DNA from: Candidatus Sulfotelmatobacter sp.
GTDB taxonomy: Bacteria > Acidobacteriota > Terriglobia > Terriglobales > Acidobacteriaceae
Assembly: GCA_049693675.1 (NCBI GenBank)
Contig: JBAVQD010000048.1
Coordinates: 2,324-66,323, forward strand
Reading direction: 5' to 3'
DNA: 64,000 nt
Shown here: one piece after another, positions 20,001-28,233 of the stretch
Position numbering within the stretch: the first letter of the stretch is position 1
Layout: each line of letters begins with the position of its first letter
Translations under genes and position numbers: made by a program
The notes under the pieces: generated by a model
The model's input: the letters and a program-made list of their open reading frames with translations, nothing else
What the model was told of the DNA's origin: nothing
Database searches by the model: none

Positions 20001-20729
20001 TTCTCGGATTTCAACGACACTGGGATTCCGACCATCGCCACCGGCCGCCTGCCCGTGAGCACCCCCGCCGAAGCCCAGTTGGTGGCGGGAAAGATCGCCA
20101 TCTACGAAGGGCAGTCCACCGACGGTCCCTGGACGTCGCAAGCTCTCGTGGTCGCGGATACGAACGACACCGAAAACTTCACCAAAGACAGCCAGCTTGC
20201 CCAGGCGCAGCTACCTTCTTCCGTGCAAGTGACGGATGTCTTCCTCACCACCACATCCGTGCCCGACGCTCAGCAAACGATTCTCAACTCCATCAACTCT
20301 GGCGAGTTGTTGGTGAATTATTCAGGCCATGGCTCGGAAGATGAATGGTCGGGAGAAAATCTTTTCAACAGCACCGAGGCGAGCACTTTGACCAACGGCT
20401 CCTCCTTGCCCGTCTTTCTCATCATGGATTGCTTGAATGGATTTTTTCAGGATGTTTACGAAGAACCGCTGGCAGTCTCTCTGATGCTTGCACCCGATGG
20501 CGGCGCCGTCGCGGTTCTCGCTTCCAGCGGGCTCAACCAGGCTCCGCCGCAAACCACTCTCGACAAGCTAGTCGTACAATCCGCCATGGGCCCATCGCGC
20601 TTGCCGTTAGGAGATGCGATCATCAAGGCGAAATCGGGCATCACCGACCTCGCCGTGCGCAAAACCTACAACCTGCTGGGAGATCCGGTGATGCAGATCA
20701 AGCCTCCGGTCGCGACTAAGAAGCACTAA
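11001..20729 (+). CDS. giant (3242 aa) multidomain membrane-anchored surface protein
   Basis: Domain order: S26B-like peptidase domain, TM segment, 2x 220-aa duplicated module, DUF11 repeats, Gly-rich beta-helix-like region, DUF11 array, C25 (gingipain-like) peptidase domain. Single uninterrupted frame. N-terminal motifs GASMSP, GDIVL...RVHRLV, TRGDCGRQDDPPV. TM segment IALALLLLLSLVSY. DUF11 signature ADLxxTNxASP...GxNITYTQxVTNxGP...NTTF...GWxCT...DPNxxNN. C-terminal motifs NYSGHGSEDEW and FLIMDCLNGFF (C25 His/Cys dyad). Confidence 0.85.
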   Translation: MTESESDSQRFETLSRELLNKGLTVRFQARGASMSPCIRDGEIVHVTAVIVSKLRKGDIVLTKGHSGFRVHRLVLIDQDKNLFMTRGDCGRQDDPPVHADQILGIVLAKEVRLGTKIVTANLNGFTGKLLQGAVRAQYLAGKLLRIATSRSSNIALALLLLLSLVSYSRAQVVIDATTSTSSSLNARGAQAVTFTHTTAASTTGLLIVGVAMDTVNATTTTVSSVTYNATGLTFLGAQDDAAKSRRVEMWYLLSPAAGTNNVVVTVNIPGAVNERVGVVAGAVTFTGVNQAVPVGPFVSASGAAGTASSDTVPSVLNGMVMDTLAVAENVTVTVPGTQTSLWNVRSGAVLAGDVRSTGSTAPGSPSVTMTETFSAASNWAQGAVSINPAAQVIVDAATSIEQAINASGIQTVTFAHTTATTTTGLLIVGVAMNIVNAPTTTVSSVTYNGTALHFLGAHNDAGNTRRVEMWYLLSPAAGTFNIVVSVDIPGGTAEQLGVVAGAVTFTGVDQTVPLSPFVSANGANGANSQLDVPSVINGMILDTLSVAGNQAVTVPGPQVSEWNTNTGAGATDVRSSGSARTGAPSVPISETFSGTSNWSLGAVSINPSTADIAVTTSVGSAVFLGQNTTYNITVSNNGYSAANSVTLTDTLASGMTLVSVTPSAGTTCTGSGPITCTLPTPFASGATATIAVVETASATGSFANTATITDSGSPPDPNTGNNSYTAVATVQSISCASVSQATTGTNLSGILNTYYPGTTSVAAGATSIPVGAATGAGSAIAAGNLLLIIQMQDASINDANTIAYGNGSSGQGFTNLNSAGDYEFVTAQNAVPATGGSVTITGAGTGGGTVFAYHSAAVSANAGQSKYQVIVVPQYSTASFNATTPPTALAWNGSTGGVLALDTSGTLTLSGATIAVDGLGFRGGAGMQLTGGAGAATDYEAPAPATYTGAAGGEAGYDANKGEGIAGTPAWVESGTTFLQTNTGYPSGTAGTDGSMARGAPGNAGAGGTDSDPVNNDQNAGGGGGANGGAGGFGGDSWNTNLSVGGEGGTVFPATINRVAMGGGGGAGTRNNSDGDNRASGGATGGGIIIIRTYGLSGTGTLTANGISAYNGTLNDAGGGGGAGGSIVVLSANGGESGLTLQANGGNGGNAWEIEPYTLGNRHGPGGGGGGGVVLISGTPASISLSGGASGLTENPGVPYGSTAGAAGTSVTNASITQTSGTQSGAQCTPDMTLGKSHVGNFTRGSTASYTIPVENLSPYGPTNGTVTVNDTMPVGLTPTSATGTGWSCSIASQTVSCVTSAVLPANSFYPSLTINANVLQTAPSVETNTALVSGGGEVNLANDSATDVANVISTADLSITNAASPDPVVAGGNITYTQVVTNNGPSAADNATMVEAVPNNTTFVSMAAPAGWSCTTPAVGSTGNVVCTNLNMAGSTAATFALVVKVNTGTANGTVITDTAKVSSSVSDPNSANNTASASTIVGSSAGADLVVTNAASPNGVAPGGNITYTQVVTNVGSLTATAATFTESTSPVADVTFVSVSAAAAPGWTCTAPPVSCTNPSVAAGATGTITAIYKVNAATPIGTLITNTATVNAANQTSGPNTAIASDTVTATTSQSDLGLTTAATPLSVFAGNDITYLQTITNSGPAAATSVSFLEAVPTNTTFASVSAPAGWTCTTPAVGATGNITCTDPTLAATTSASIIVVVNVPSSVTAAAIAATSSVSATNALTITTNTSTPVTTACDLAVSNSGTPSPVAAGGTITYTQVVTNTGPSNCANLTFNEAIPTNTTFTSYGGAPAGWTCTSFATGCTNPSFAPGSISTFTVVVTVNAGTAAGTIITDTDTVTTTTRDTNTSNNSATVNIPVASATQADLSVSNSASPNPVSAGNNITYAQTVVNTGPASASTISLAESLPANTTAVSLTGPAGWTCSVGTLTCTISTLAVTTANFTFVVKVNSNATPGSTITQTDTVTSANDPNPGNNSASASVLVAGSADLSVTNTASPVPVVANNNITYTQVVTNAGPSIATAASFTETTPANTTFFSIGTLPAGWSCSTPAVGSAGTINCTNPSFAPGSASFTVALKVTAGTAAGTAINDIAAVSSSTSDPNSANNTAIATDVVALATQADLIVTNSATPTSVAAGSNITYTQSVTNNGPAAATTVSFTQSTPPNTTFQSITTPAGWTCTTPAVGATGTITCTIATLALNASASFTLVLQVNAATASGTNIAEAATATASNIVPGLTSNTAVATVVVANPNSASLAIVKTAMPSPTVAEGDTLTYTIGITNNGPSSATNVTVTDPLPADVTYLSLTTSAGTCSEAGGTVTCLLGTIANGGTATITILTLAGAPGIATNTASVVAGQMTTPNTSTQVETITAATSIKLESFVAQTGQDKTGAHRVVLLWKTGTEVHNLGFNIYREQAGERVRLNSSLIAGSALLMNGALPKHSGRTYSWIDSSANAGSAPYWLEDVDVNGTRILHGPVSATASSNSQVASNANATPSVMLNHLNQSQPAASVDGFSHRVEDTSPNSSPTATQQQKQFALAAHSAIKIYVKHEGWYCVTQPQLIAAGLSPNVDPAYLHLYAEAVEQPIAITGTTAGVRGFGPQAAIYFYGTGIDTQYSGTRVYFLVTQDSKGARVHNLPVSTGSNQPPASFPFTVELAPHTTYYSALTTANGYNFFGPLVSSTAVDETIQVPHLDSTSTESAKLDVILQGVILGVPHDVTVTLNGTSLGDVTFTGEAKGTLDVTLPLGVLQEGANTVTLTSQNGEYDYSLLQSIRITYPHTYAADSNELTFTARPGEELSLTGFTQSSVAVVDITDPNQPVQLTPQVTTDPKSETYTAAIQVPWSTTNPSTPAQHTLMAVVGTTVASPAGIRQNHPSRWYSAQSGSEIVMVTSDEFSGALAPLKRAHEALGKSSALVLVDDLYDEFTFGQHNPLAIRSFLQTAVTAWHTTPHYLLLNGRASFDPRNYLGFGHLDFVPTQIIATSGLMTASDGWFSDFNDTGIPTIATGRLPVSTPAEAQLVAGKIAIYEGQSTDGPWTSQALVVADTNDTENFTKDSQLAQAQLPSSVQVTDVFLTTTSVPDAQQTILNSINSGELLVNYSGHGSEDEWSGENLFNSTEASTLTNGSSLPVFLIMDCLNGFFQDVYEEPLAVSLMLAPDGGAVAVLASSGLNQAPPQTTLDKLVVQSAMGPSRLPLGDAIIKAKSGITDLAVRKTYNLLGDPVMQIKPPVATKKH
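11511..12830 (+). repeat. intragenic tandem duplication, 2 x 660 bp (220-aa module)
   Basis: QVVIDATTS...GAVSINPAA is followed directly by QVIVDAATS...GAVSINPS. The two copies align along their whole length by eye. Confidence 0.85.
14690..18130 (+). repeat. intragenic array of about 9 DUF11-type repeats (about 385-400 bp period); one more copy lies at 12836..13200
   Basis: Recurrent ADL(S/V/I)xTN starts at about 15065, 15467, 15855, 16232, 16617, 16985, 17386 and 17785. aacattacttatacgca recurs near-identically. Confidence 0.8.
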
Positions 20730-20741
20730 GGAACCAAGTAT

Positions 20742-21770
20742 TTAAGCCCGCGCCATATCAGCAACCACAGCCGCTCGCCGCAGAGGTTCGGCGATGGCCT
20801 TCATCACTTTCTCAAATCCCGCGAAGTCGAGCGATTGCGCTCCATCGGAGAGCGCCCGCTCCGGGCAGGGATGCACTTCTATAATCAATCCATCGGCTCC
20901 CACCGCCACCGCTGCCCGCGAAACTGCGGCGATCAGACTCTGTTTTCCAGTTCCATGCGAAGGATCGGCGATCACCGGCAAATGCGAAAGATCGCGAGCC
21001 AGCGCCACCGCTGCCAAATCGAAGGTGTTCCGCATCTCGGTTTCGAACGTCTTAATGCCGCGTTCGCACAGCACGACTTCACCGTTTCCTCCCGAAAGCA
21101 AATATTCCGCCGCCAGCAGCCACTCCTTTACCGTGGCCGACGGACCGCGCTTCAACAGGATCGGCCTCTTAACTGTGGCCAGACGCCGCAACAGCGCGAA
21201 GTTCTGCATGTTCCTCGCTCCTACCTGCAACATATCCACGTACTCGCAGATCGTGTCCACATCCTCCGTGCTCATCACTTCCGTGACCACAGGAAGCCCA
21301 GACTCCTCACGCGCTTCGCGGAGAATCTTCAGCGCCTCTACCCCCAATCCCTGAAAGTCGTAGGGCGATGTTCTTGGCTTGTAAGCCCCGCCGCGCAGCA
21401 TCGTCGCTCCCGCCCGCTTCACCGCATGCGCCGTATCCAATAACTGCTCGCGAGACTCCACCGAGCATGGCCCCGCAATAATCACCACGCCCGGGCCGCC
21501 AATGCTCACCCCGCCCACATTCACCACAGTGCGCTCCGGTTTTACCTGCCGGCTCACCAGCTTGAAAGGCTGCGCAATGGCAACCACATTCTCTACTCCG
21601 CCCGCCACCGCCAGCGCCTCGATTTCGTGCCGGCGTCCATTCCCCACCGCGGCCACGATCGTTCGCTCCACGCCGCGCGTGACGTGCGGCTGGTAGCCTG
21701 CCTCGCGAATGCGCTCGATCACGTGAGCAATCTGCTGCTCGGTGGCTTTCTCTGACATGTTCACAATCAT
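20742..21770 (-). CDS. aroF: 3-deoxy-7-phosphoheptulonate (DAHP) synthase, type I-beta with N-terminal ferredoxin-like regulatory domain
   Basis: [59 protein letters not shown] upstream. Confidence 0.9.
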   Translation of the reverse strand: MIVNMSEKATEQQIAHVIERIREAGYQPHVTRGVERTIVAAVGNGRRHEIEALAVAGGVENVVAIAQPFKLVSRQVKPERTVVNVGGVSIGGPGVVIIAGPCSVESREQLLDTAHAVKRAGATMLRGGAYKPRTSPYDFQGLGVEALKILREAREESGLPVVTEVMSTEDVDTICEYVDMLQVGARNMQNFALLRRLATVKRPILLKRGPSATVKEWLLAAEYLLSGGNGEVVLCERGIKTFETEMRNTFDLAAVALARDLSHLPVIADPSHGTGKQSLIAAVSRAAVAVGADGLIIEVHPCPERALSDGAQSLDFAGFEKVMKAIAEPLRRAAVVADMARA

Positions 21771-21802
21771 TGGTCTGCCCTCCTGAGGACGTTGCCAAAA
21801 GC

Positions 21803-21843
21803 AAAGGCCGCGATCCTGGGATCGCGGCCTTTGGCTGAACTCG
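21803..21843 (-). terminator. Rho-independent terminator after flp (perfect palindrome, could act bidirectionally)
   Basis: aaaggccgcgatcc-tgg-gatcgcggccttt is a 13-14-bp stem. On the minus strand it is followed by TTTGCTTTTGG. Confidence 0.6.
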
Positions 21844-22013
21844 CTTTGAATCTAGTCGATTATCGATGACCCGATCTTCTCGCAAGCCCTGCCGCAGCCG
21901 CTACCCCTGGTAAACCAGTAGTAGCGAAACTGCCCGGTAAACGAGATAAATCGTGTCATGAAGAAAACCCTGCTTGCGTTTAAGACGGAGCCCGCGACAC
22001 TAAACTCGCCACC

Positions 22014-22178
22014 CTATTGTATCGAGCTGGCCGTATTGGAGAATACGTTATTGGCATTGGATCCGATCAGACGAATCGTGCCCACCACCAGGACCAGAAT
22101 CACCGCCAGCATTACCGCATACTCGGCGATGTCCTGCCCCCCATCTTCTACCCATAATCTGCTGATCATTTTGGACAT
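22014..22178 (-). CDS. flp: Flp/Fap family type IVb pilin (54 aa), orphan copy
   Basis: Hand translation: MSKMISRLWVEDGGQDIAEYAVMLAVILVLVVGTIRLIGSNANNVFSNTASSIQ*. Contains the G-x4-EY Flp motif. GGAGGG SD upstream. Below the ORF-track size cut-off. Confidence 0.85.
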   Translation of the reverse strand: MSKMISRLWVEDGGQDIAEYAVMLAVILVLVVGTIRLIGSNANNVFSNTASSIQ

Positions 22179-22234
22179 GCTTGCCCTCCAACTCGAAACT
22201 TCATTTGCCGCCAGATGAGAAAAACAGTGGACCC

Positions 22235-22263
22235 ATAATGCCGCAGCCCGCTCCGCTTGTCAA
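22235..22263 (-). promoter_or_regulatory. sigma70-like promoter for the orphan flp
   Basis: Minus strand reads TTGACA - 17 nt - CATTAT, about 55 nt upstream of the flp ATG. Confidence 0.45.
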
Positions 22264-22303
22264 ACCAAAGTATTCAAGATTTCCACAATTAATGCACCTG
22301 CAG

Positions 22304-23839
22304 CTAAAGAGGTTCCCGCGCCATAGAAACGGGAATCGGCAAAGCCTGGACTGGCGCTGGCAAACTCTGCTGGACTAGCTGTTGCGCGGAATTCTGCGCA
22401 AACTTCAACACGTCGCTGGGAAATATTCCCAGGTAGAGAGTGGCCGCAACGCACGCTGCCAGGGCCATGCTCAACGGAATCGGAACCCGGCTTACTGGAA
22501 CCTCTTTACGCGCTTCGCGCATGTACATCACTACGATGATGCGAAGATAGTAATAAGCGCCGATTCCGCTGTTGAGCACGCCGATTACCGTTAGCCAGAT
22601 CAGGTTCGCTTTCACCGCGGCGCTGAACACATAGAATTTCGCAAAAAATCCGCCCGTCATCGGAATGCCGATCAGCGATAACAGAAAGATGGTAAGCGTG
22701 GCCGCCAGCAGCGGGGAACTCCGCCCCAGCCCTTCATAGTCCTCGAGCGTCACATAACGTTCACCCGCGTTGGCGAAGTGGCTCACTACGGCAAACGCGC
22801 CCACGTTCATCGCCGCATAACTCGCCGTATAGAACATCGCCGCTGAAATGCCCAGCGTCGGCGCAGCGGCGAAAGCAACCAGCAGATATCCCGCATGAGC
22901 GATCGAAGAATAGGCCAGCAGCCGCTTGACGTTGGTCTGCACCAATGCGCCCACATTCCCCAAAGTCATCGAGAGCGCCGCCGTCACCCAAATCACCCAG
23001 AAAATCGCATGGACGTTAATCACGAAAACGATCCGCAACAGGACCGCAAATGCCGCGGCCTTGGGTGCGGTTGACATCAACCCCACAATCGGCGCTGGCG
23101 CTCCTTCATACACGTCCGGCGTCCACACGTGGAACGGCGCGGCCGCCACTTTGAACCCCAAACCCACAAACATAAACGCCACAGCTACGAACGCCAGCAG
23201 GGGAATCGGCCGCGCCAGCAGCGCTCGGCTGATTTGGTCGATGTTGGTCGATCCCGTGGCTCCAAACATCAACGCCACGCCGTATAGAAAAAATGCCGTG
23301 GCAAACGATCCCAGCAGAAAATATTTCAGCGATCCTTCCGCGCTGGCCGCCTCGTGCAGCCGGAATCCGGTCAGCACATACGAGGAGATGGAAGAAATCT
23401 CGAGCGCGATAAAAATCAGAACCAGTTCCACAGCCGACGACATCAGCGCCATGCCAACTGCGCCGAAAAGAACCAGCGCGTAATATTCCCCCGCGCGAAT
23501 GCGCTGTACCGCCATGTACTCGTATGAGCTGAGAATCACTACGGCCACAATCGCCATCACCAGAACGTGAAAAAAAACGCTGAACCCATCTATCTGTACC
23601 GTGTTCCAGAACGCCAGTCCCGGAGCCTGGGCCATGATCCACGTCGCGCCAAGCCCCGCCAGCGATCCCACAAACGCAATGACCCCTAAAACTTTTTGCC
23701 CGGCCCGTTCATCCAGCAGCGGTTCCATCACCATCACAATCATGCCGAACACGGAGAGAACAATCTCCGGCAGCACGCGTACGTAATCGGCGCTCTGCGG
23801 CAAGGTTTGCGAATAGGCCGTGAAAAAGGTTGCGATCAC
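22304..23839 (-). CDS. nuoN: NADH-quinone oxidoreductase subunit N
   Basis: Polytopic antiporter-like subunit. GTG start overlaps the nuoM stop (GTGA). Last gene of the nuo operon. Confidence 0.9.
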   Translation of the reverse strand: MIATFFTAYSQTLPQSADYVRVLPEIVLSVFGMIVMVMEPLLDERAGQKVLGVIAFVGSLAGLGATWIMAQAPGLAFWNTVQIDGFSVFFHVLVMAIVAVVILSSYEYMAVQRIRAGEYYALVLFGAVGMALMSSAVELVLIFIALEISSISSYVLTGFRLHEAASAEGSLKYFLLGSFATAFFLYGVALMFGATGSTNIDQISRALLARPIPLLAFVAVAFMFVGLGFKVAAAPFHVWTPDVYEGAPAPIVGLMSTAPKAAAFAVLLRIVFVINVHAIFWVIWVTAALSMTLGNVGALVQTNVKRLLAYSSIAHAGYLLVAFAAAPTLGISAAMFYTASYAAMNVGAFAVVSHFANAGERYVTLEDYEGLGRSSPLLAATLTIFLLSLIGIPMTGGFFAKFYVFSAAVKANLIWLTVIGVLNSGIGAYYYLRIIVVMYMREARKEVPVSRVPIPLSMALAACVAATLYLGIFPSDVLKFAQNSAQQLVQQSLPAPVQALPIPVSMAREPL

Positions 23840-25353
23840 TGTCCCACCACCCGGCTCGCCACTCGTACGAACGGCGTAAGCGCCGCTTGCACCGCTGGAT
23901 CAATCGCGCCCAGCCACAAAATGGGAGCCACCCCCATTACCAGCGCCGCTACGGCGCACGGCCACACCGCCCATTTTTCGAATCCCGAGAGATCGCTCAA
24001 CGAATTATTCACCGCGTGCGTAACTTTGCCGTAAAACACTCGCTGGTACATCCAAAGCAAATAGACCGCGCTCCAGATCACTCCAGTGGCTGCGAGAATC
24101 CCGTAAATCGGCTTATCTTGAAACGCTCCACTCAACACCAGAAATTCACCGATGAAGCCGTTGAACAGCGGCAGTCCCACCGATGCCAGCACAATCGCCA
24201 GAAACAAGGCAGAGTAAATCGGCATGGGCGAAGCCAGGCCGCCAAATTCGCTGATTTCGTAGGTATGCCGCCGCTCGTGCAGAATCCCCGCCAGCATGAA
24301 CAAACCGCCCGTCGAGACTCCGTGCGCCAGCATCACGAACATCGCGCCATTCAGCCCCGCCTGCGTGAAGCTGAAAATCCCCAGTACCACGAATCCCAGA
24401 TGGCTCACCGAGGAATACGCGATCAGTTTCTTCATGTTCGGCTGCACCATCGCCACCAGCGCGCCGTAAATAATCCCGATCAGCGCCAGAATCATGACCC
24501 ACCAGGCGTTGTGCCGCGATTGCTCGGGAAACAATCCAAGATTGAAGCGCAATAGCCCATACGTTCCCATCTTCAGCAGCACGCCTGCCAGCAATACCGA
24601 TCCCGCCGTCGGCGCTTCCACGTGCGCATCCGGCAGCCACGTGTGAAAGGGAAACAGCGGAACCTTCACCGCAAATGCCAGGAAGAATCCCAGGAACAGC
24701 CACTGCGCCGCAGCCGGAAAACCCGGCACCGCGCCGCTCGCGATCTGGTCGCGAATCACCACGAAATCAAAACTCCCCGTATGCGCGTAAAGCCACAGAA
24801 TCGCCGCCAGCATGAACACGGATCCAATCATCGTGTACATGAAGAATTTCACCGCAGCATACACTTTGCGCTCGTGCCCGAAAATGCCAATCACCAGCGC
24901 CATAGGAATCAGCGTGGCTTCCCAGAAGAAATAAAAGAGGAACAGATCCAGCGAAGTGAATACGCCAATCAGCGCTGTCTCCAGAATCAGCAGCAGGATA
25001 AAAAATTCTTTCACCCGCTCGTGAATCGAATTCCAGGAAATCAGCACGCACAACGGTGTGAGAAACGTGGTCAGCACCACCAGCCACAACGAGATTCCGT
25101 CAATTCCCATGTGGTAGTGGATGTTGGGAGTCGAAACCCACTGCCGGTCGACCTGAAACTGAAAATCATTTTGCCCGCGATGGAAATAAACTGGCAGATG
25201 CAGAGACAGAACAAACGTCAGCAGAGAGATCACCAGCGCGAAAACCCGAATGTCGCGGTCGCGTCGAGGAAACATCACCAGTAGCACTCCCCCCGCCAGA
25301 GGAAGGAATGTCACCAGCGTAAGAATGATGGAGCTGAGATTATCCGTACTCAT
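23836..25353 (-). CDS. nuoM: NADH-quinone oxidoreductase subunit M
   Basis: FHTWLPDAHVEAPTAGSVLLAGVLLKMG signature. Start set at MSTDNLSS, which forms an ATGA overlap with the nuoL stop. Confidence 0.9.
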   Translation of the reverse strand: MSTDNLSSIILTLVTFLPLAGGVLLVMFPRRDRDIRVFALVISLLTFVLSLHLPVYFHRGQNDFQFQVDRQWVSTPNIHYHMGIDGISLWLVVLTTFLTPLCVLISWNSIHERVKEFFILLLILETALIGVFTSLDLFLFYFFWEATLIPMALVIGIFGHERKVYAAVKFFMYTMIGSVFMLAAILWLYAHTGSFDFVVIRDQIASGAVPGFPAAAQWLFLGFFLAFAVKVPLFPFHTWLPDAHVEAPTAGSVLLAGVLLKMGTYGLLRFNLGLFPEQSRHNAWWVMILALIGIIYGALVAMVQPNMKKLIAYSSVSHLGFVVLGIFSFTQAGLNGAMFVMLAHGVSTGGLFMLAGILHERRHTYEISEFGGLASPMPIYSALFLAIVLASVGLPLFNGFIGEFLVLSGAFQDKPIYGILAATGVIWSAVYLLWMYQRVFYGKVTHAVNNSLSDLSGFEKWAVWPCAVAALVMGVAPILWLGAIDPAVQAALTPFVRVASRVVGQ

Positions 25354-27389
25354 CGCGCTCCCGTCCACATCCAGATCATGAAGGCGATTACTACCGCCGA
25401 ACCCGCCGCGATCCATCCCGCGTAGGAGCGAATGTTGCCCGATTGCATGTGGCGAACTTCATCGGAAACATGCCTGGCGCCGTATCCCGCGTCGTTCACC
25501 GCCGCATCGATCATCTTCTGATCCACCCCGTGCCACAAAACTCGCGTAGAAAAATTGATCAGCGGCTTCACAAAAACTGCGCCATACAGTTCGTCCACAT
25601 AATATTTGTGCACCAATGTCTGGTAGGATCCTGCCATCGAAGCTGCAATCTTGTCCGGCAAATCCGCCCGCCGGTAATAAAGTTGCCACGCCAGTCCGAA
25701 CCCCAACAGCGCCGCTAACACCGAAATCCCCGTGAACATCAACTCGGTCGAAACTCCAGTCTTCGGCTCCCGCCCCTCAGTCTCCTTCTCGGCTGCCCCC
25801 TTCTCATCCACAGCCGATGGCTGCGCATTCGCCGGAGCGCTGCCATGAAATACCGGGCCGAGAAACTTGTCGAATCGATTACTGCCGCGCAGCGACCCTG
25901 GCACTCCCACATATCCGCCCACCACCGAAAGCACCGCCAGAATCACCAGCGGGATCACCATCACCCTGGGGCTCTCGTGGATCCCGCCGTGTCCATGCCC
26001 ACCGTGCGAATCACTCGCCGAGCGGCTTCCATGGCCGTGTTCCGCTTCCGCTTCGCCTCGATACTCTCCAAAGAACGTCATAAACCACAGACGGAACATA
26101 TAAAAAGATGTGAGTAACGCAGTCACCACCCCCACCAGCCAGTAAGCCCAACTTGCCTGATAGGATCGCCACAAAAGTTCGTCTTTGCTGAAGAATCCGG
26201 AAAACCCCGGAGTTCCAGAGATCGCTAACGTGGCTGCAGTCATGCACCAGAACGTCCACGGAATTTTCTTCCGCAGCCCGCCCATCTTACGCATGTCCTG
26301 CTCGCCCCCAACCGCATGGATCACGGAGCCCGCCGCCAGAAACAGCAGTCCTTTGAAAAAGGCGTGCGTCATCAGATGAAAAATGCCGGCGGAAAACGCT
26401 CCCACCCCGCACGCCATGAACATGTATCCCAGCTGCGAAACCGTCGAGTACGCCAGAACTTTTTTAATGTCAGTCTGCGCAATGCCAATCGTCGCGGCGA
26501 AAAATGCCGTCAGCGTTCCAATGATCGCAACCACCGTCAGCGCAATCGGCGCTCGTTCAAAAATCACATGCGAGCGCGAAACCATGTATACGCCCGCCGT
26601 CACCATGGTCGCCGCATGGATCAACGCCGAAACCGGCGTGGGACCTTCCATAGCATCCGGAAGCCAAATGTACAACGGGATCTGCGCCGACTTTCCGCAC
26701 GCTCCCACCATCAGCAGAATGCCAATCGCTGTCAGCAGCCCGGCGCCGTCCTTTTCCGCTCCCATCGGCAAAACGCTCTGAAACACCTGATCGAAATTCA
26801 GCGACCCAAAATGCTTGATGAGCAAAAAAAGCGCAATCAGAAATCCGAAGTCTCCAATGCGGTTTACGATAAACGCTTTCTTGCCCGCCGACGCCGCCGA
26901 ATCCTTAGTGAACCAGAACCCAATCAGCAGATACGACGCCAGTCCCACGCCCTCCCAGCCGATAAACATCATCAGATAGTTGGCCGACAGCACTAGCGTC
27001 AGCATGAAAAACATGAACAGATTTAGATAGCTGAAGAAGCGGTAGTAACTCGGATCCTCCCACATGTAGCCGACGGAATAGACATGGATCAGAAACCCAA
27101 CTCCGGTCACTACCAGCAGCATCACCAGCGAAAGTTGATCGAGATAAAACGCGAAGTCAACGCTGAAACTTCCAGACCGGATCCAGTGTGCAAAATACTC
27201 ATGGTAGGGAAGGGCCAGCGATGAAAACCGCATCGCAACCCACAAAGCCATCGCAAACGCCGCTCCGCTGAAAAACAAAGCAATCGTGGTAACGGCCTGG
27301 CGCGAAGACCTTTTCCCCAAGAGTCCGTTAATTGCAGCGCCCGCGAGCGGCAGCAACGGGATCAGCCAAAGATTGAGCATCGAATTCAT
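25350..27389 (-). CDS. nuoL: NADH-quinone oxidoreductase subunit L
   Basis: [27 protein letters not shown] signature. Start set at [15 protein letters not shown], which forms an ATGA overlap with the nuoK stop. Confidence 0.9.
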   Translation of the reverse strand: MNSMLNLWLIPLLPLAGAAINGLLGKRSSRQAVTTIALFFSGAAFAMALWVAMRFSSLALPYHEYFAHWIRSGSFSVDFAFYLDQLSLVMLLVVTGVGFLIHVYSVGYMWEDPSYYRFFSYLNLFMFFMLTLVLSANYLMMFIGWEGVGLASYLLIGFWFTKDSAASAGKKAFIVNRIGDFGFLIALFLLIKHFGSLNFDQVFQSVLPMGAEKDGAGLLTAIGILLMVGACGKSAQIPLYIWLPDAMEGPTPVSALIHAATMVTAGVYMVSRSHVIFERAPIALTVVAIIGTLTAFFAATIGIAQTDIKKVLAYSTVSQLGYMFMACGVGAFSAGIFHLMTHAFFKGLLFLAAGSVIHAVGGEQDMRKMGGLRKKIPWTFWCMTAATLAISGTPGFSGFFSKDELLWRSYQASWAYWLVGVVTALLTSFYMFRLWFMTFFGEYRGEAEAEHGHGSRSASDSHGGHGHGGIHESPRVMVIPLVILAVLSVVGGYVGVPGSLRGSNRFDKFLGPVFHGSAPANAQPSAVDEKGAAEKETEGREPKTGVSTELMFTGISVLAALLGFGLAWQLYYRRADLPDKIAASMAGSYQTLVHKYYVDELYGAVFVKPLINFSTRVLWHGVDQKMIDAAVNDAGYGARHVSDEVRHMQSGNIRSYAGWIAAGSAVVIAFMIWMWTGAR

Positions 27390-27700
27390 AGCTTGAGCAG
27401 GTTCACCTGATCCACGTTCAACGTCTCCCGCGTGCGATAAACCGCGATAATGATCGCCAGTCCAACCGCCGCTTCCGCCGCGGCCACCACCATCACAAAG
27501 AAAACAAATACCTGCCCCGCCAGCGCGTGCCAATGCGCCGCAAACGCCACAAACGAAAGATTCACGCCGTTCAGCATCAGCTCAATCGACATAAAGATGG
27601 TGATGATATTGCGCTTGATCAGAAATCCGACCACGCCGCAGCCAAATAAAAATCCGCTGAGCAGCAAATAATAAGATAGTGGCACATACGACGGAACCAT
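27386..27700 (-). CDS. nuoK: NADH-quinone oxidoreductase subunit K
   Basis: 104 aa with 3 TM segments. [17 protein letters not shown] motif. Confidence 0.9.
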   Translation of the reverse strand: MVPSYVPLSYYLLLSGFLFGCGVVGFLIKRNIITIFMSIELMLNGVNLSFVAFAAHWHALAGQVFVFFVMVVAAAEAAVGLAIIIAVYRTRETLNVDQVNLLKL

Positions 27701-28218
27701 CAGTCCACCTTCCTTGCTGTCGCTTCCGGCTTGCTCGCCAGCACCACGGCGCCCATGATGGCAATCAGGATCAATACAGATGTAACTTCAAAGGGCAGCA
27801 GAAAATCGTGAAACAGAAGCTGCGCAATCTCAGTAGGATGCCCCGGCAATGCACCGATCGGTACCGACTCCGTCACCGAGTGCCGCACCACCACCCACGC
27901 CATCAGGACGCTGCTGGTCAACACGCCAGGCACGCCAAACAATAGCGCGATACGGCTCCCCTTGGTTTCTTCCTCCACGCCGGCATTGAGCAGCATGATG
28001 ACGAAAACGAACAACACCATAATCGCCCCGGCGTAAACAATCACTTGCACAGCGGCAACGAATTCCGCACCCAGCAGCAAATATTCCCCGGCCAGCGCCG
28101 CCATCACCGCAATCAGCGAGAGCGCGCTGTTGATCGGATGCCGCTGCGCCAGCAGGTTCACCGCCCCGCCCACGCAAACCGCGCCAAACGCGAGAAATAG
28201 AATGAGATGGAAACTCAT
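27700..28218 (-). CDS. nuoJ: NADH-quinone oxidoreductase subunit J
   Basis: 172-aa polytopic protein in the position between nuoH and nuoK. 1-nt overlap with nuoK. Confidence 0.85.
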   Translation of the reverse strand: MSFHLILFLAFGAVCVGGAVNLLAQRHPINSALSLIAVMAALAGEYLLLGAEFVAAVQVIVYAGAIMVLFVFVIMLLNAGVEEETKGSRIALLFGVPGVLTSSVLMAWVVVRHSVTESVPIGALPGHPTEIAQLLFHDFLLPFEVTSVLILIAIMGAVVLASKPEATARKVD

Positions 28219-28233
28219 GAATCAGTACTGTCT

